Made by a program: the position numbers and the translations under genes. 64,000 nucleotides of DNA, taken from NCBI RefSeq assembly GCF_009914755.1, contig NC_060928.1; one strand, given 5' to 3'. This DNA comes from the human T2T-CHM13v2.0 reference genome, Homo sapiens. A model generated the notes under the pieces. It searched no databases and was not told the origin of the DNA. It saw only the letters and a list, made by a program, of their open reading frames with translations. Shown piece by piece: positions 14,085 through 30,721 of the stretch. Position 1 is the first letter of the stretch; every line of letters begins with the position of its first letter.

Positions 14085-15152
14085 TGTTGCAGGAAGTCAG
14101 GGACCCCAAATGGAGGGACCAGCTGAAGCCATGGCAGAAGAACGTAGATTGTGAAGATTTCATGGACATTTATTAGTTCCCCAAATTAATACTTTTGTAA
14201 TTTCTTATGCCTGTCTTTACTGCAATCTCTAAACATAAATTGTAAAGATTTCATGAACACTTATCACTTCCCCAGTCAATACCCTTGTGATTTCCTATGC
14301 CTGTCTTTACTTTAATCTCTTAATCCTGTCAGCTGAGGAGGATGTATATCGCCTCAGGACCCTGTAATAATTGCATTAACTGCACAAATTGTACAGCATG
14401 TGTGTTTGAACAATATGAAATGTGGGCACCTTGAAAAAAGAACAGGATAACAACAATTGTTCAGGGAATAAGAGAGATAACCTTAAACTCTGACCACCGG
14501 TGAGCTGGACGGAACAGAGCCAAATTTCTCTTCTTTCAAAAGCAAATGGGAGAAATATCGCTGAATTCTTTTTCTCAGCATGGAAAATCCCTGAGAAAGA
14601 GAATGCGCACCTGGGGGTGGGTCTCTGAACTGGCCCCCCTGGGCGTGGCTGCCTCTTATGGTCCAGGCTGCAGGGGTGAAATAGACCCATCTCCCATAGC
14701 ACTCCCAGGCTTATTAGGAAGAGGAAATTCCCACCTACTAAATTTTGGTCAGACCAGTTGATCTCAAAACCCTGTCTCCTGATAAGGTGTTATCAATGAC
14801 AATGGTGCCCAAAACTTCATTAGCAATTTTAATTTCTCCTCGGTCCTGTGGTCCTGTGATCTCACCCTGCCTCCACTTGCCTTGTGATATTCTATTGCCT
14901 TGTAAAGCACTTGATGTCTGTGACCCACACCTATTCGCACACTCCCTCCCCTTTTAAAGCTCCCTAATAAAAACTTGCTGGTTTTTGCGGCTTGTGGGGC
15001 ATCACGGAACCTACCAACATGTGCTGTCTCCCCCGGAGGCCCAGCTTTAAAATTTCTCTCTTTTGTACTCTGTCCCTTTATTTCTCAAGCTGGCTGATGT
15101 GTAAGGAAAATAGAAAAGAACCTATGTGAATATTGGGGCAGGTTCCCCAATA
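14085..15152 (+). mobile_element. MER11C-like solo LTR (HERV-K11/HML-8)
   Basis: tgttgcaggaagtcagggacccc start, gaaaagaacctatgtgaatattggggcaggttccccaata end, AATAAA near 14966, and a 6-bp TSD ttacaa/ttccaa. Confidence 0.9.
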
Positions 15153-16899
15153 TTCCAATCCATAAATATATGATATAGCTCTCCATTTATTTAAAAATTT
15201 TCCAATTTTCCTCAGCAACATTTTGTACTTTTCAGTGTAGACATCTGCATATCTTTTGGTAAGTTTATTTCTCTGAGGATTTTATGTTTTTCGATGCTAG
15301 ATTTTCAGAGAGTTTCTAGAAGGAATTTTGTTTCTTTTTATGTTCTTTGTCTTACAGGTTCCTTAGAACTGCAAATAAAGTCAATCTTACTTCTTCCTTT
15401 CAATCTCTATGTCTATTCTCTTACTTTCTTGCTTTATTAGACTGGCTAGGATTTCTACTATGACATTGAATAAAAGTGGTAAAAGCAGACATCCTTGCCA
15501 GGAAAATCCTGGTCTTAAGGAAAAATGCTCACTATTTCACCATTAATATGAGTTTCGCTATCAGAATTTTTATAGATTTTCTCTATAAAATTTCCCTAGA
15601 AATAGAAGAAGTTTCCTTCTATTGCTAGTTTTGGGAGTGTTTATCATGTATGTGTATTGAATTTTGTCAAATTCTTCTCCATCTATTGATATGATCAAAT
15701 TTTTTTCTCCTTTATCTGCTAGTGTAGTGAATCACCGCATCAATGATTTTCAAATTTTCAAGCAATCTTGTGTTCCTGGGATAAAGTTCACTTGATCATA
15801 ATGTATTGACATTTTTATATAATTCTAGATTTTGTTTGCTAATGTATTGTTGAGGACTTGTGTCTGTGGTCAGGAGGGATATTGACCTGTAATTGTCTTT
15901 TTCGTAGTTTTGTTAGGCTTGGTGTCAGGGTTGTGCTGGTTTCATAAAACGAGTTTAGTTGGTTTCCTCTGTGTTTTCTGAAAGATACTGTGCCAGGTTG
16001 GGATTACTTCCTTGAATGTTTTAGAGCATCATCAGAGAAGCCATTTATAACTGAAGTATTTTCATAAAGCTTATTTATTGAAAATTAAGTTTCTTTAAGC
16101 AATATGGAGCTCTTCCCATTTTTATATTTCTTCCTGAGGCATTTTAGTAAATTGTATTTTTCAGTACAATCAAACATCCCTTCATGATAAAAATCCTCAA
16201 CAGATGAGGCACGGAAAGAACATATTTCAAAATAATAAAAGCCATCTATGACAAACCCACAGCCAATAGCATACTGAGTGGTCAAAAGCTGGAACCATTC
16301 CCCTTGAGGACTGGAACAAGACAAGGATGCCCACTCTCATCATTCCTACTAAAAGTCCTAGCCAAAGCAATTAGGCAAGAGAGAGAAATAAAAAGCAACC
16401 AAAATTGGAAAAAAGAAAGTCAAACTCTTCCCTGGCAATATGACTGTATACCTTGAAAACCCTAAAGACTCCACCAAAAGACTTCTAGTACTGATAAATG
16501 ACTTAAGTAAAGCTTCAAGATATAAAATAAATGCACAAAAATAAGTAGCATTTCTATAAACCAATAATGTCCAGGCTGAGAGTCAAATCAACAATGCAAT
16601 CCCATTTACAATAGCCACAGTGAAAATGAAATATTTAGAAATACAGCTAACCAAGCAGGTGAAAGATTTCTACAAGGAGAACTGCAAAACACTGTTAAAG
16701 ACATCAAAGACTACACAAATAAATGGAAAAACATTCCATGTTAAAATGACCATACTGCTCAAAGAAAGTTGCAGATTCAATGCTATTCTTATTGAACTAC
16801 CAATGTCATTTTTCACAGAATTAGAAAAAGCTATTCTAAAATTCATATGGAACCAAAAAATAGCCCTAAGAGTCAAAGCAATCTTAAACAAAAAGAACA

Positions 16900-17810
16900 G
16901 TGGGGAGGAGCCAAGATGGCCCAATAGGAACACCTCCGGTCTACAGCTCCCAGCATGAGCGAGGCAGAAGACGGGTGATCTCTGCATTTCCATCCGAGGT
17001 ACCAGGTTCATCTCACTAGGGAGTGCCAGACAGTGGGCGCAGGTCAGTGGGTGCGTGCACCGTGCGCAAGCCAAAGCAGGGCGAGGCATTGCCTCACTCG
17101 GGAAGTGCAAGGGGTCAGGGAGTTCCCTTTCCTAGTCAAAGAAAGGGGTGACAGACGGCACCTGGAAAATCGGGTCACTCCCACCCGAATACTGCGCTTT
17201 TCCTATGGGCTTAAAAAAAAACGGCGCACCAGGAGATTATATCGCACACATGGCTCGGAGGTTCCTATGCCCACGAAGTCTCGCTGATTGCTAGCACAGC
17301 AGTCTGAGATCAAACTGCAAGGCAGCAGCGAGGCTGGGGGAGGGGTGCCCACCATTGCCCAGGCTTGCTTAGGTAAACAAAGAAGCCGGGAAGCTCCCAC
17401 TGGGTGGAGCCCACCACAGCTCAAGGAGGCCTGCCTGCCTCCGTAGGCTCCACCCCTGGGGGCAGGGCACAGACACACAAAAAGACAGCAGTATCCTCTG
17501 CAGACTTAAATGTCCCTGTCTGACAGCTTTGAAGAGAGCAGTGGTTCTCCCAGCATGCAGCTGGAGATCTGAGAACGAGCAGACTGCCTCCTCAAGTGGG
17601 TCCCTGACCCCTGACCCCCGAGCAGCCTAACTGGGAGGCACCCCCCAGCAGGGGCAGACTGACACCTCACACGGCCGGGTACTCCAACAGACCTGAAGCT
17701 GAGGGTCCTGTCTGTTAGAAGGAAAACTAACAAACAGAAAGGACATCCACACCAAAAACCCATCTGTACATCACCATCATCAAAGACCAAAAGTAGATAA
17801 AACCACAAAG
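16900..17810 (+). promoter_or_regulatory. L1 5'UTR sense/antisense promoter with YY1 core; lacks the 129-bp ZNF93-binding segment
   Basis: caagatggcc at 16912-16921. The junction ggccgggtactcc|aacagacct at ~17685 is the deleted form of the UTR. Confidence 0.85.
17203..17355 (-). pseudogene. L1 ORF0, truncated to 50 aa
   Basis: MVGTPPPASLLPCSLISDCCASNQRD... matches the primate L1 ORF0 N-terminus; premature TAG. Confidence 0.75.
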
Positions 17811-18866
17811 ATGGGGAAAAAACAGACCAGAAAAACTGGAAACGCTAAAACGCAGAGCGCCTCTCCTCCTCCAAAGGAACGCAGTTCCTCACCAGCAACG
17901 GAACAAAGCTGGACAGAGAATGACTTTGATGAGCTGAGAGAAGAAGGCTTCAGACGATCAAATTACTCTGAGCTATGGGAGGAAATTCAAACCAAAGGCA
18001 AAGAAGTTGAAAACTTTGAAAAAAGTTTAGAAGAATGTATAACTAGAATAACCAATACTGAGAAGTGCTTAAAGGAGGTGATGGAGCTGAAAACCAAGGC
18101 TCAAGAACTACGTGAAGAATGCAGAAGCCTCACGAGCCAATGCGATCAACTGCAAGAAAGGGTATCAGCGATGGAAGATGAAGTGAATGAAATGAAGCAA
18201 GAAGGGAAGTTTAGAGAAAAAAGAATAAAAAGAAATGAGCAAAGCCTCCAAGAAATATGGGACTATGTGAAAAGACCAAATCTACGTCTGATTGGTGTAC
18301 CTGAAAGTGATGGGGAGAATGGAAGCAAGTTGGAAAACACTCTGCAGGATATTATCCAGGAGAACTTCCCCAACCTAGCAAGGCAGGCCAACATTCAGAT
18401 TCAGGAAATACAGAGAATGCCACAAAGATACTCCTCGAGAAGAGCAACTCCAAGACACATAATTGTCAGATTCACCAAAGTTGAAATGAAGGAAAAAATG
18501 TTAAGGGCAGCCAGAGAGAAAGGTCGGGTTACCCACAAAGGGAAGCCCATCAGACTAACAGCGGATCTCTCAGCAGAAACACTACAAGCCAGAAGAGAGT
18601 GGGGGCCAATATTCAACGATCTTAAAGAAAAGAATTTTCAACCCAGAATTTCATATCCAGCCAAACTAAGCTTCATAAGTGAAGGAGAAATAAAATACTT
18701 TACAGACAAGCAAATGCTGAGAGATTTTGTCACCACCAGGCCTGCCCTAAAAGAGCTCCTGAAGGAAGCACTAAACATGGAAAGGAACAACCGGTACCAG
18801 CCACTGCAAAATCATGCCAAGACTAGGAAGAAACTGCATGAACTAACGAGCAAAATAACCAGCTAA
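17811..18866 (+). CDS. L1 ORF1p, open, 351 aa with C-terminal read-through extension
   Basis: MGKKQ start, coiled coil, RPNLRLIGVPE, REKG, ARR and YPAKLS motifs intact. The native stop is deleted, so it ends NHAKTRKKLHELTSKITS. Confidence 0.9.
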   Translation: MGKKQTRKTGNAKTQSASPPPKERSSSPATEQSWTENDFDELREEGFRRSNYSELWEEIQTKGKEVENFEKSLEECITRITNTEKCLKEVMELKTKAQELREECRSLTSQCDQLQERVSAMEDEVNEMKQEGKFREKRIKRNEQSLQEIWDYVKRPNLRLIGVPESDGENGSKLENTLQDIIQENFPNLARQANIQIQEIQRMPQRYSSRRATPRHIIVRFTKVEMKEKMLRAAREKGRVTHKGKPIRLTADLSAETLQARREWGPIFNDLKEKNFQPRISYPAKLSFISEGEIKYFTDKQMLRDFVTTRPALKELLKEALNMERNNRYQPLQNHAKTRKKLHELTSKITS

Positions 18867-18873
18867 CATCATA

Positions 18874-22695
<3,822 letters not shown>

Positions 22696-22894
22696 ACAAT
22701 GAGAACACATGGACACAGGAAGGGGAACATTACACTCTGGGGACTGTTGTGGGGTGGGGTGAGGGGGGAGGGATAGCATTGGGAGATATACCTAATGCTA
22801 GATGACGAGTTGATGGGTGCAGCACACCAGCATGGCACATGTATACATATTTAACTAACCTGCACATTGTGCACATGTACCCTAAAACTTAAAG

Positions 22895-22905
22895 TATAAT
22901 AATAA

Positions 22906-22948
<43 letters not shown>

Positions 22949-22950
22949 AA
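22895..22950 (+). repeat. (TAAA)n tail of L1 A
   Basis: Read directly. Confidence 0.95.
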
Positions 22951-24367
22951 GAATTGGAAGAACTTAAAAAAAAAACAAAGAACAAAGCTAGAGGCATCAC
23001 ACTTGACTTCAAACTATATTATAAGGCTATAGCAACCAAAACAGCATGATACTATTTTGGCACAAAACAGCCAGAAATAAAGTTGTACACCTCCAACCAT
23101 CTAATCGTCAACACACTTGATAAAAATGAGCAATGGGAAAAAAGAATTTCTGTTCAATAAATGGTGCTGGGATAACTGGCTAGCCATATGCAGAGGAATG
23201 AAACTGGGCTCCAACCATATACAAAAAATAACTCAAGATGGATTAAAGACCTAAATGTAAAATGTAAAACTATAAAAAGCCTAGAATTAAACCTAAGAAA
23301 TGCACTTCTCAATATTGACCTTGGCAAAGAATTTATAACTAAGTCCTCAAAAGCAATTGCAACAAAAACAAAAATTGATTAGTAACACCTAATTAAGCTA
23401 AAGAGCTTCTGCACAGCAAGAGTGCTATCAACAGAGTAAACAGATAACCTACAGAATGGTAGAAAATATTTGCAAACTGCATCCAACAAAGGTCTAATAC
23501 CCAGAATCTATAAGGAATTTAAACAAATCAAAAAGCAAAAACCAAATATCCCCACTAAAAGTGGGCAAAGGACATGAACAGACACTTCTCAAAAGAAGAC
23601 ACACAAGTGGCCAACAAACATATGAAAAAAGCCTCCACATCACTAATCATCAGAGAAATGCAAATCAAAACCATAATGAGATACCAACTCACACCAGTCA
23701 GAATGGTTTTTGCAAAAGAGTCAAAACATTACAGATATTGGCAAAGCTGAGGAGAAAAGGAGACATTTATACACTGTTGATGGGTATGTAAATTATTCCA
23801 GCGGCTGTGGAGAGCAGTTTGGAAACTCCTCAAAGAACTAAGAATTGAACCACCATTCAACCCAGCAATCCCATTACTGGATATATTCCCAGAAGAAAAT
23901 AATTCATTCTACCAAAAAGACACATGCACCCATGTGTTAATCACAGCCCTATTCTCAATAGCAAAAATATGGACTCAACCCTGGTGCCCATCGACAGTGG
24001 ACTAGATAAGGAAAATGTGGTACCTATATGTCATGGAATACTACACAGCCATAAAAAGGATGAAATCATGCCTTTTGCAGCAACATGGGTGGAACTGGAA
24101 GCCATTATCCTAAGCAAACTGATACAGAAACAGAAAACCAAATACCACATGTTCTCACTTATAGGTGGGAGCTAAACATGGGATACACATGCAAATAAAG
24201 ATAGCAACAATAGATGGGGAAGAGAAAAACTACCTACAGTGTACTATGTCTACTATGTGAGTGATGGGTTCACTCATACCCCAAACTTCAGTATCACACA
24301 ATTTACCTTTGTTACAAATATACATACGTACGCCCTGATTTTAAAATAAAAGTTGAAAAAAAGGAAT

Positions 24368-24606
24368 GAAAATAACAATACAACAATAAAAAATATAAAC
24401 AAAAATACAGTAGAACAATGTTTTACATAGTATTTACATTGTATGAGGTATTATAAGTAATCTTGAGATTAAAGTATACAGGAGGATGTGCATAGGTTCT
24501 TTGCAAATACTACACCATTTTATATAACGGACTTGAGGATAACTGTGGATTTTGGTATCCCCAGGCGTCCTAGAACCAACCCCCATGGACACCAAGAGAT
24601 GAGTAT
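24368..24606 (-). mobile_element. MER2 one arm
   Basis: tacattgtatgaggtattataagtaatc...ggattttggtatcc...tcctagaaccaacccccatggacacc. Confidence 0.8.
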
Positions 24607-24994
24607 ATGCCTTTAATGGCAATTTGAAAACTTTGAAATTTGTCATGATTATATAAGTCTTTGTTCATAATTAAGTTCTAAGTTTACAGGGTTGATTTTA
24701 TCCCAGTTTAGTCTGTTTTTAAATATAAGATTCTATTTTTAAATATAAGATTCTAAGTGAAAGAGTAACAGGTAAAATTGGAGCCTTTTTCTGTAAAGCT
24801 TTTTTGGTATAGTTCAATGAAATCGAGAAAATGAATGACTCTAATGGCTGGGTTGCAAATTATTTTGTAAAACCAGTGATTTCCAGTTCTTTGTTTTAAC
24901 AAAATTGAAGGAAGACCCAATCAATTCTGACGGGAACACAAGAAGACCCATCCTAAAAATGTCAAGTCTTCTTCACTGGCCACCTCATGTTCTT

Positions 24995-25320
24995 CCTTAT
25001 TCAATGGGCCGATGTACGAACTGACAAAGGCATTAGGGATGGTGGCCGTGCGTGAGATCAGCTCTGTGATCTGACCTAGCTACCATCAGTGCTGACTGCC
25101 CAACCTGCCAACTTACAGGCCAGGCCAATGCTGAGACCCTGAAATATCACTATGTCTGGCAGGAACAGCCAAATGCCTTGCCATAGATTTATTACATTAA
25201 AACTTCCCATCATGTAGGATACAGTGTTTCATCCTCATAGGATTACATACATTTTCTTGGCATAGATTGCCTTCTCTGCCTGCAGCACTTCTGCCAGCAC
25301 CACTATTTCTGGACTTTCAG
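24995..25320 (+). mobile_element. ERVL-class internal (integrase) remnant
   Basis: ctgacctagctaccatcagtgctgactgcccaacctgcc (zinc-finger CxxC region) and gccttctctgcctgcagcacttctgccagcaccact resemble the ERVL integrase. Confidence 0.65.
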
Positions 25321-25327
25321 TAGTAAA

Positions 25328-25560
25328 GAAGCTGAGATTTTTTTTTCCACTCTTACCCATGACAGTTTGAGGGCTGTTCCCAGGGACACTTACTGTTTAG
25401 CATTTCTGGTTTGCTTTGCTCAGGGGACCAAGAATACTCTTGCAAATCGAGTAAGTCCTCTGAATAAGAGTGGCAGTTATTTGCAATAGGAAGCCATTAA
25501 TAAGCCTAGAAATGGTGAATGCCTAAGAGATGTGGGCAAGAAACTAATAGTGTCTATTAG
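25328..25560 (-). mobile_element. LTR16-family LTR fragment
   Basis: aatggtgaatgcctaagagatgtgggcaagaaactaatagtgtct is the antisense of the LTR16 5' end. Confidence 0.55.
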
Positions 25561-26351
25561 AAATAAGTTTCAGTTTTCCAACACATTATTTTTGTGGTAA
25601 CATGGATTATAAGGATTTGTAAGAATTATTTTTAGAAAATGTAATGAAAAAAATTAGAGCCATTCATGGTATTGCAAAAGATATATAATCAAACACTTCA
25701 AAACTTATAATTCTTGAAACTATTCTATATCTGGGATAACCCAAATACCAACAAATAAAACTGAAATTAAAGAGTTGGATTTCCAGGTTAGTTCATGCTG
25801 TTATAAATGGCAGTATCTTCTTCAAAGGCTGAAAAGTATTCCACTGAATACATATACCACAATTTATTTTTCACTTAAATAAAGCATACTGAATATTTAC
25901 TATTTTATTATACTTACAGCTTATTTTTCATTTAATATTGGTTTTTTTGTTTGCTTTTTATGTGCTTTGTTGTTTTATCCTGTTTATTTTTGTTTTTCTT
26001 TTTTTCTGTTTGGAAGGAATTAGAAATCTGAATACTATCTTCAACTATAAAATGGGGATTTGGGTGATAAATTATTTTATCTCTAAGATCTTTTACAGAT
26101 GTTATATTTTATAATTTTATAAATAGCGAAAAATACATAGTATTAAAAGTTATGAATAAACAAGACAAACAGTAGCCACGTAATTAGAATAGTTGTATTG
26201 TGATATGCTCAAGTTTGTTTAAAACTATTAACAAAATATTCAGGAAAACACTATATTATAACATGACAGCCTAAAAGTATTCTCCCAAGACTTTTATTAT
26301 TTTTTTAAAATTACTGTGAGAAAACTGAGGAATAAAAAGAGTATCTGTTCA

Positions 26352-26746
<395 letters not shown>

Positions 26747-27389
26747 TTAATTTATCCATAATGGAAACTGAGATAAAAGAGAATGATGAACATCTCATTT
26801 TGTCTCCAGTTCTTAGCTCCAAAGACAATATTTCCAGCATTCAGCATTTGTTTTTCAGCTAATACAGGGAGCTGACTCCATTCTGTTTTACCAATAAATC
26901 ATTCAATGGAAAAGCTATTGTCAGAATGAGAGAAAACTGCCAAGTATAGTGAGAGAGTACATCCAATGGTATTAGGAGATGTAAGTTCTAGTTCTGGTTG
27001 TACCATCTAATAATCTTAGTCCTCCTGAGCCTCTTTTCATATTAATCCAACAGAGATAATAATACCATTTACCACACAGCATTCTTTTAAGTCAAAAGAG
27101 ACAACATATGTGAAAAGAAATTGAAAGCTATAATATGAGTTAGTTGTTGCAATTGTTCATAAGCCTGTAAGTCAGGATTCTCTTGTTTCATCCTAGAGGC
27201 TATGCAGTCAGTAGGAGAAAAATGGAAATCTGCAAAATGGCTTTGGTTTGGTTAGTAATGATTTTCCCATTACTAACCAAAATATACAGCAAAAGAATAG
27301 TACAATAAGAAAAGAATTTTTCAGTCTTCAGAGTCAAGAATTCAAGATAAGGTAACTAGACATTGCAGTTTTTCTAGTGTTTTGGTGTA

Positions 27390-27702
27390 TAAATGCTCCT
27401 CAACTTACAATGAAGTTACTTCCCAAGAAACTCATCATAGATTAAAAATATTTTAAGTAGAAAATGCATCTAATACGCCTAACCTAACGAGCATCATAAC
27501 TTAGCCTATCCTACCTTAAACATGCTCAGAATACTTACGTTAGCCTATAGTTGAGCAACAGCATCTAACACAAAGCCTATTTCATAATAAAGTGTTAAAT
27601 ACCTCATATAATTTATTGAATACTGTATTGAAAGTGAAAAACAGAATGCTTGTATAGGTACCATCCTAAAGTTGAAACCATTGTAAGTCATGGGCAGTCT
27701 AT
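27390..27702 (+). mobile_element. MER47A (Tigger family MITE)
   Basis: aatgctcctcaacttacaatg ... aaccattgtaagtc inverted termini with a MER47 body. Confidence 0.8.
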
Positions 27703-27973
27703 AATTATTAATAACACCCCAGTTCTTTTGCTAAAGGTGCCCTGCTTATCCAGTAAATTACATAACCACCATAGGGTGCTAATAGGTGCTAATAATGTGC
27801 TGTCTCAGCAGCAGGTTCATATGGGCAATAGTGTGAAACTCTCCAATGTTCTAGATATATAAGGTGCAACCAAATTTTACTCCCAACCCCCTTCTGGAGA
27901 GAATGATGAAACCAGCTAAAAGAACAAGGTAATTATTGGGCTCATTGATATGTATTCTAAAAAGCATGAATAC

Positions 27974-28402
27974 TGTGGTTGAAGTTTCTAACTGTCCACC
28001 AAAATCCATTTTCCTCTTCTGCCATAGAAATAGTTGTATCTACGACAGGGCTGCCAACCAGGGAATATATTTCCTTGCATCCCTTACGCCAAGTGTTGCC
28101 ATTTGCCTAAGTTTCTATTAATGAAATGTTAGTAGGGGTGATGTGTGTCTCTTTTAGGCCTGCCTGCAAAGCATGTACATGCCCCATGGTCTTCCCCTTC
28201 CCACAGGTATAATCCATGACAACTAAGCTTTCATGGTACTGATGACCATCACATGACAGAAACAAGCATCTGTGTAGAGCAGAGCTGACTGTTGCTCTGG
28301 GTCCCTCATCTCAGACAGTTCATTCAGAGATAAACTAGCTTTTAAGTCATTATGCTTTTAGGCCTTTTGTTACAATAGCCCCACTTCACCCGAGCTAACA
28401 TA
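27974..28402 (+). mobile_element. MLT1I/J-type MaLR LTR
   Basis: tgtggttg...ctgtccaccaaaatccattttcctcttc; tatttccttgcatccctt; ends ttttgttacaatagc...ctaacata. Confidence 0.65.
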
Positions 28403-28723
28403 GATAGCTCTGAAATACATCTTTGGAAATAAAGTGCAAGGGCCAAGGCAGAAGAAGGAGGAAACCAGGAATACGAGGCTTTTGAAGAGACTTGCCTGTT
28501 GAGGAAACACGGGACAAATGTGACCTAGGGAGCCAGCTGGCTGGCCTGAGTGAATTCCTCACTGTCTCCATCCATTTGCTGTGTCCAGAGTGAGGAGAAA
28601 TTGGCTTCTCCCTCACATTGACGGCACGGTCAGGAAATGACAGTTGCGCCTAAGAGCTCACTTTTACTTGCAAACAGAGTTCTCAAAATAATTCAAAAGA
28701 AATGTCCCAGATTTCCAACTGAT

Positions 28724-28727
<4 letters not shown>

Positions 28728-28754
<27 letters not shown>

Positions 28755-28780
28755 CCAACCACCACCACCAACAACAACAA
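28728..28780. repeat. (CA)n followed by (CCA)/(CAA) compound microsatellite
   Basis: Read directly. Confidence 0.9.
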
Positions 28781-29142
28781 TTCAACTCCATCTTTCACTG
28801 CTTTCTTTTGCTCACTGCCAAAGGGACTGAACTTACATAGCCTAGAGTTCTGACTCACCGACTCACATGGATAGAGGGATCACACTAAATCCTGGTTGAC
28901 ATAAGCAGGTACATAAAATCCACAAGGCATTTAAGGGGACACACTGGGAGGAGGTATAATAAACTGAACAAACAGAACTGGTGTTCCGATGATACTGAAC
29001 TTCTGAAAAATACACAAGGTAATTGTAATATAAATATCATAAGAATGGCTAGTTACCATTAGTAAACATAAAGATTTTTCAAAATAAAAAATATAGTTTA
29101 TGTATTTAAGATTCAATCACACAATTAAAAAAGAGAATAATC

Positions 29143-29446
29143 GGCTGGGCGCGGTGGCTCATGTCTGTAATCCCAGCACTTTGGGAGGCCGAGGCGGGCA
29201 GATCACGAGGTCAAGGAGATCGAGACCATCCTGGCTAACACGGTGAAATCTCGTTTCTACTAAAAATACAAAAAAAAAAAATTAGCCAGGCATGGTGGCG
29301 GGTGCTTGTAGTCCCAGCTACTCAGGAGGCTGAGGCAGGAGAATGGTGTGAACCCGGGAGGCAGAGCTCGCAGCGAGTCGAGATCGCGCCACTGCACTCC
29401 AGTCTGGGTGACAGAGTGAGACTCCGTCTCAAAAAAAAAAAAAAAA
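29143..29446 (+). mobile_element. AluY
   Basis: Full dimer; TSD aaaaaagagaataatc. Confidence 0.95.
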
Positions 29447-29799
29447 AAAAAAGAGAATAATCACTCCTAAACATTAAATTAGTGTGCATAAAATTCAAGC
29501 AGAATATGTATGTCACAACTCAAAGGGGAAAACAAATTTTAAAAATGAATGAAATATTAAGCCTGGAAGAAAGAGACTTATTGTATAAATCATCAAGTAA
29601 TAGAAAGACAAAACAGTAACACAAATAATGTAGACTTAAAAGTAAGTATAAACTAGGTATACAAAGAACATAATTAAGGGTAGCTATAAACCAGGAGCTC
29701 TGGAACAAAAAACCATGAATAGGCTGAATACTGCTATCATAATTCAATGACCCTCAGACTGAGTTAGAATCAAAGTTCAAATCAGAGAACTGGAAGACA

Positions 29800-30170
29800 A
29801 ATAGAGGAAGTACTACATAATACACTGTATATTTTTAATAGAAGTCATTAGTGGAAAAAACAAGAGGCTTTTGTAAAAATAAAAAAGGCTGTCAAAAAGA
29901 AATATGTCTAAAGCAAAATTATTTTTTTAAAGTATAAAAAAGAGATTGATAAAAAATAAATGACAGCAACAGGAAAACAGAACTGTGGCATTGTCAATAC
30001 AATGTAAAACAGAATTCAAGTAAAAACTACTAACTTATAAAAAGGATTTTTAGTAACAATAAAACAGAAATCCCCAAAATTGATATAAAGATACAAACAC
30101 ATATATACCTAATAACAAAGAAATAAAATCAGACTAAATATTTGACAAAATTGACAAACTTGCGAAATAT
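29800..30170 (+). mobile_element. Very old L1M endonuclease-region remnant
   Basis: A-rich; catatatacctaataacaaag resembles the NIYAPN coding region. Highly degenerate. Confidence 0.45.
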
Positions 30171-30721
30171 TGCTGGAGTAATGAGAATAGAAGCAATGAT
30201 CATGGTTTTCTAACAGCAAAAATTTGCAAACACGGTTTTGTTTTCCTTTGCTTATGAGACTATGTTATTTAATTCAATTTAACTATTTATTATGCACAGA
30301 CTACATGCAAGACTGATGTTCAGGTAGTTAAACGCTGATGTAAATTATGACAACATTGCTCCTGTTTAACTTTCACAAACAAAAAAATCTATAAATTGAA
30401 TTTGATGTGATATACTTACAATAGTAATGATTTCAAAAATTATATCAATTGACTTATTAATTAGAAGAAACAGTGAAGTATTTAAAAGCTGAAAGAATAT
30501 CCAATAGCTTCTCATAACTTCCTTTTTACTTGGCTAATAGAGACCAATGCAATACAATATGTTGGGACCATTTGTATAGTTAATAAAAGGAATTCCTGCA
30601 TTTAGTATAGGATAACTCATTTTATTGTACTTCACTTTATTTTACTTCTTAGATATCACAATTTGTACAAAATGAAAATTTGCAGCAACTTGTGTCAGGC
30701 AAGTCTATTGACATCATTTTT

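Larger units (their letters stand above)
12715..16163 (-). mobile_element. Old L1M (L1MC/MD/ME-type) 3' end and ORF2 remnant, split by MER11
   Basis: cattttaagtgtagttcaatgagttttgacaaat 3'UTR; the ORF2 antisense sequence is continuous across the MER11 insertion. Confidence 0.75.
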
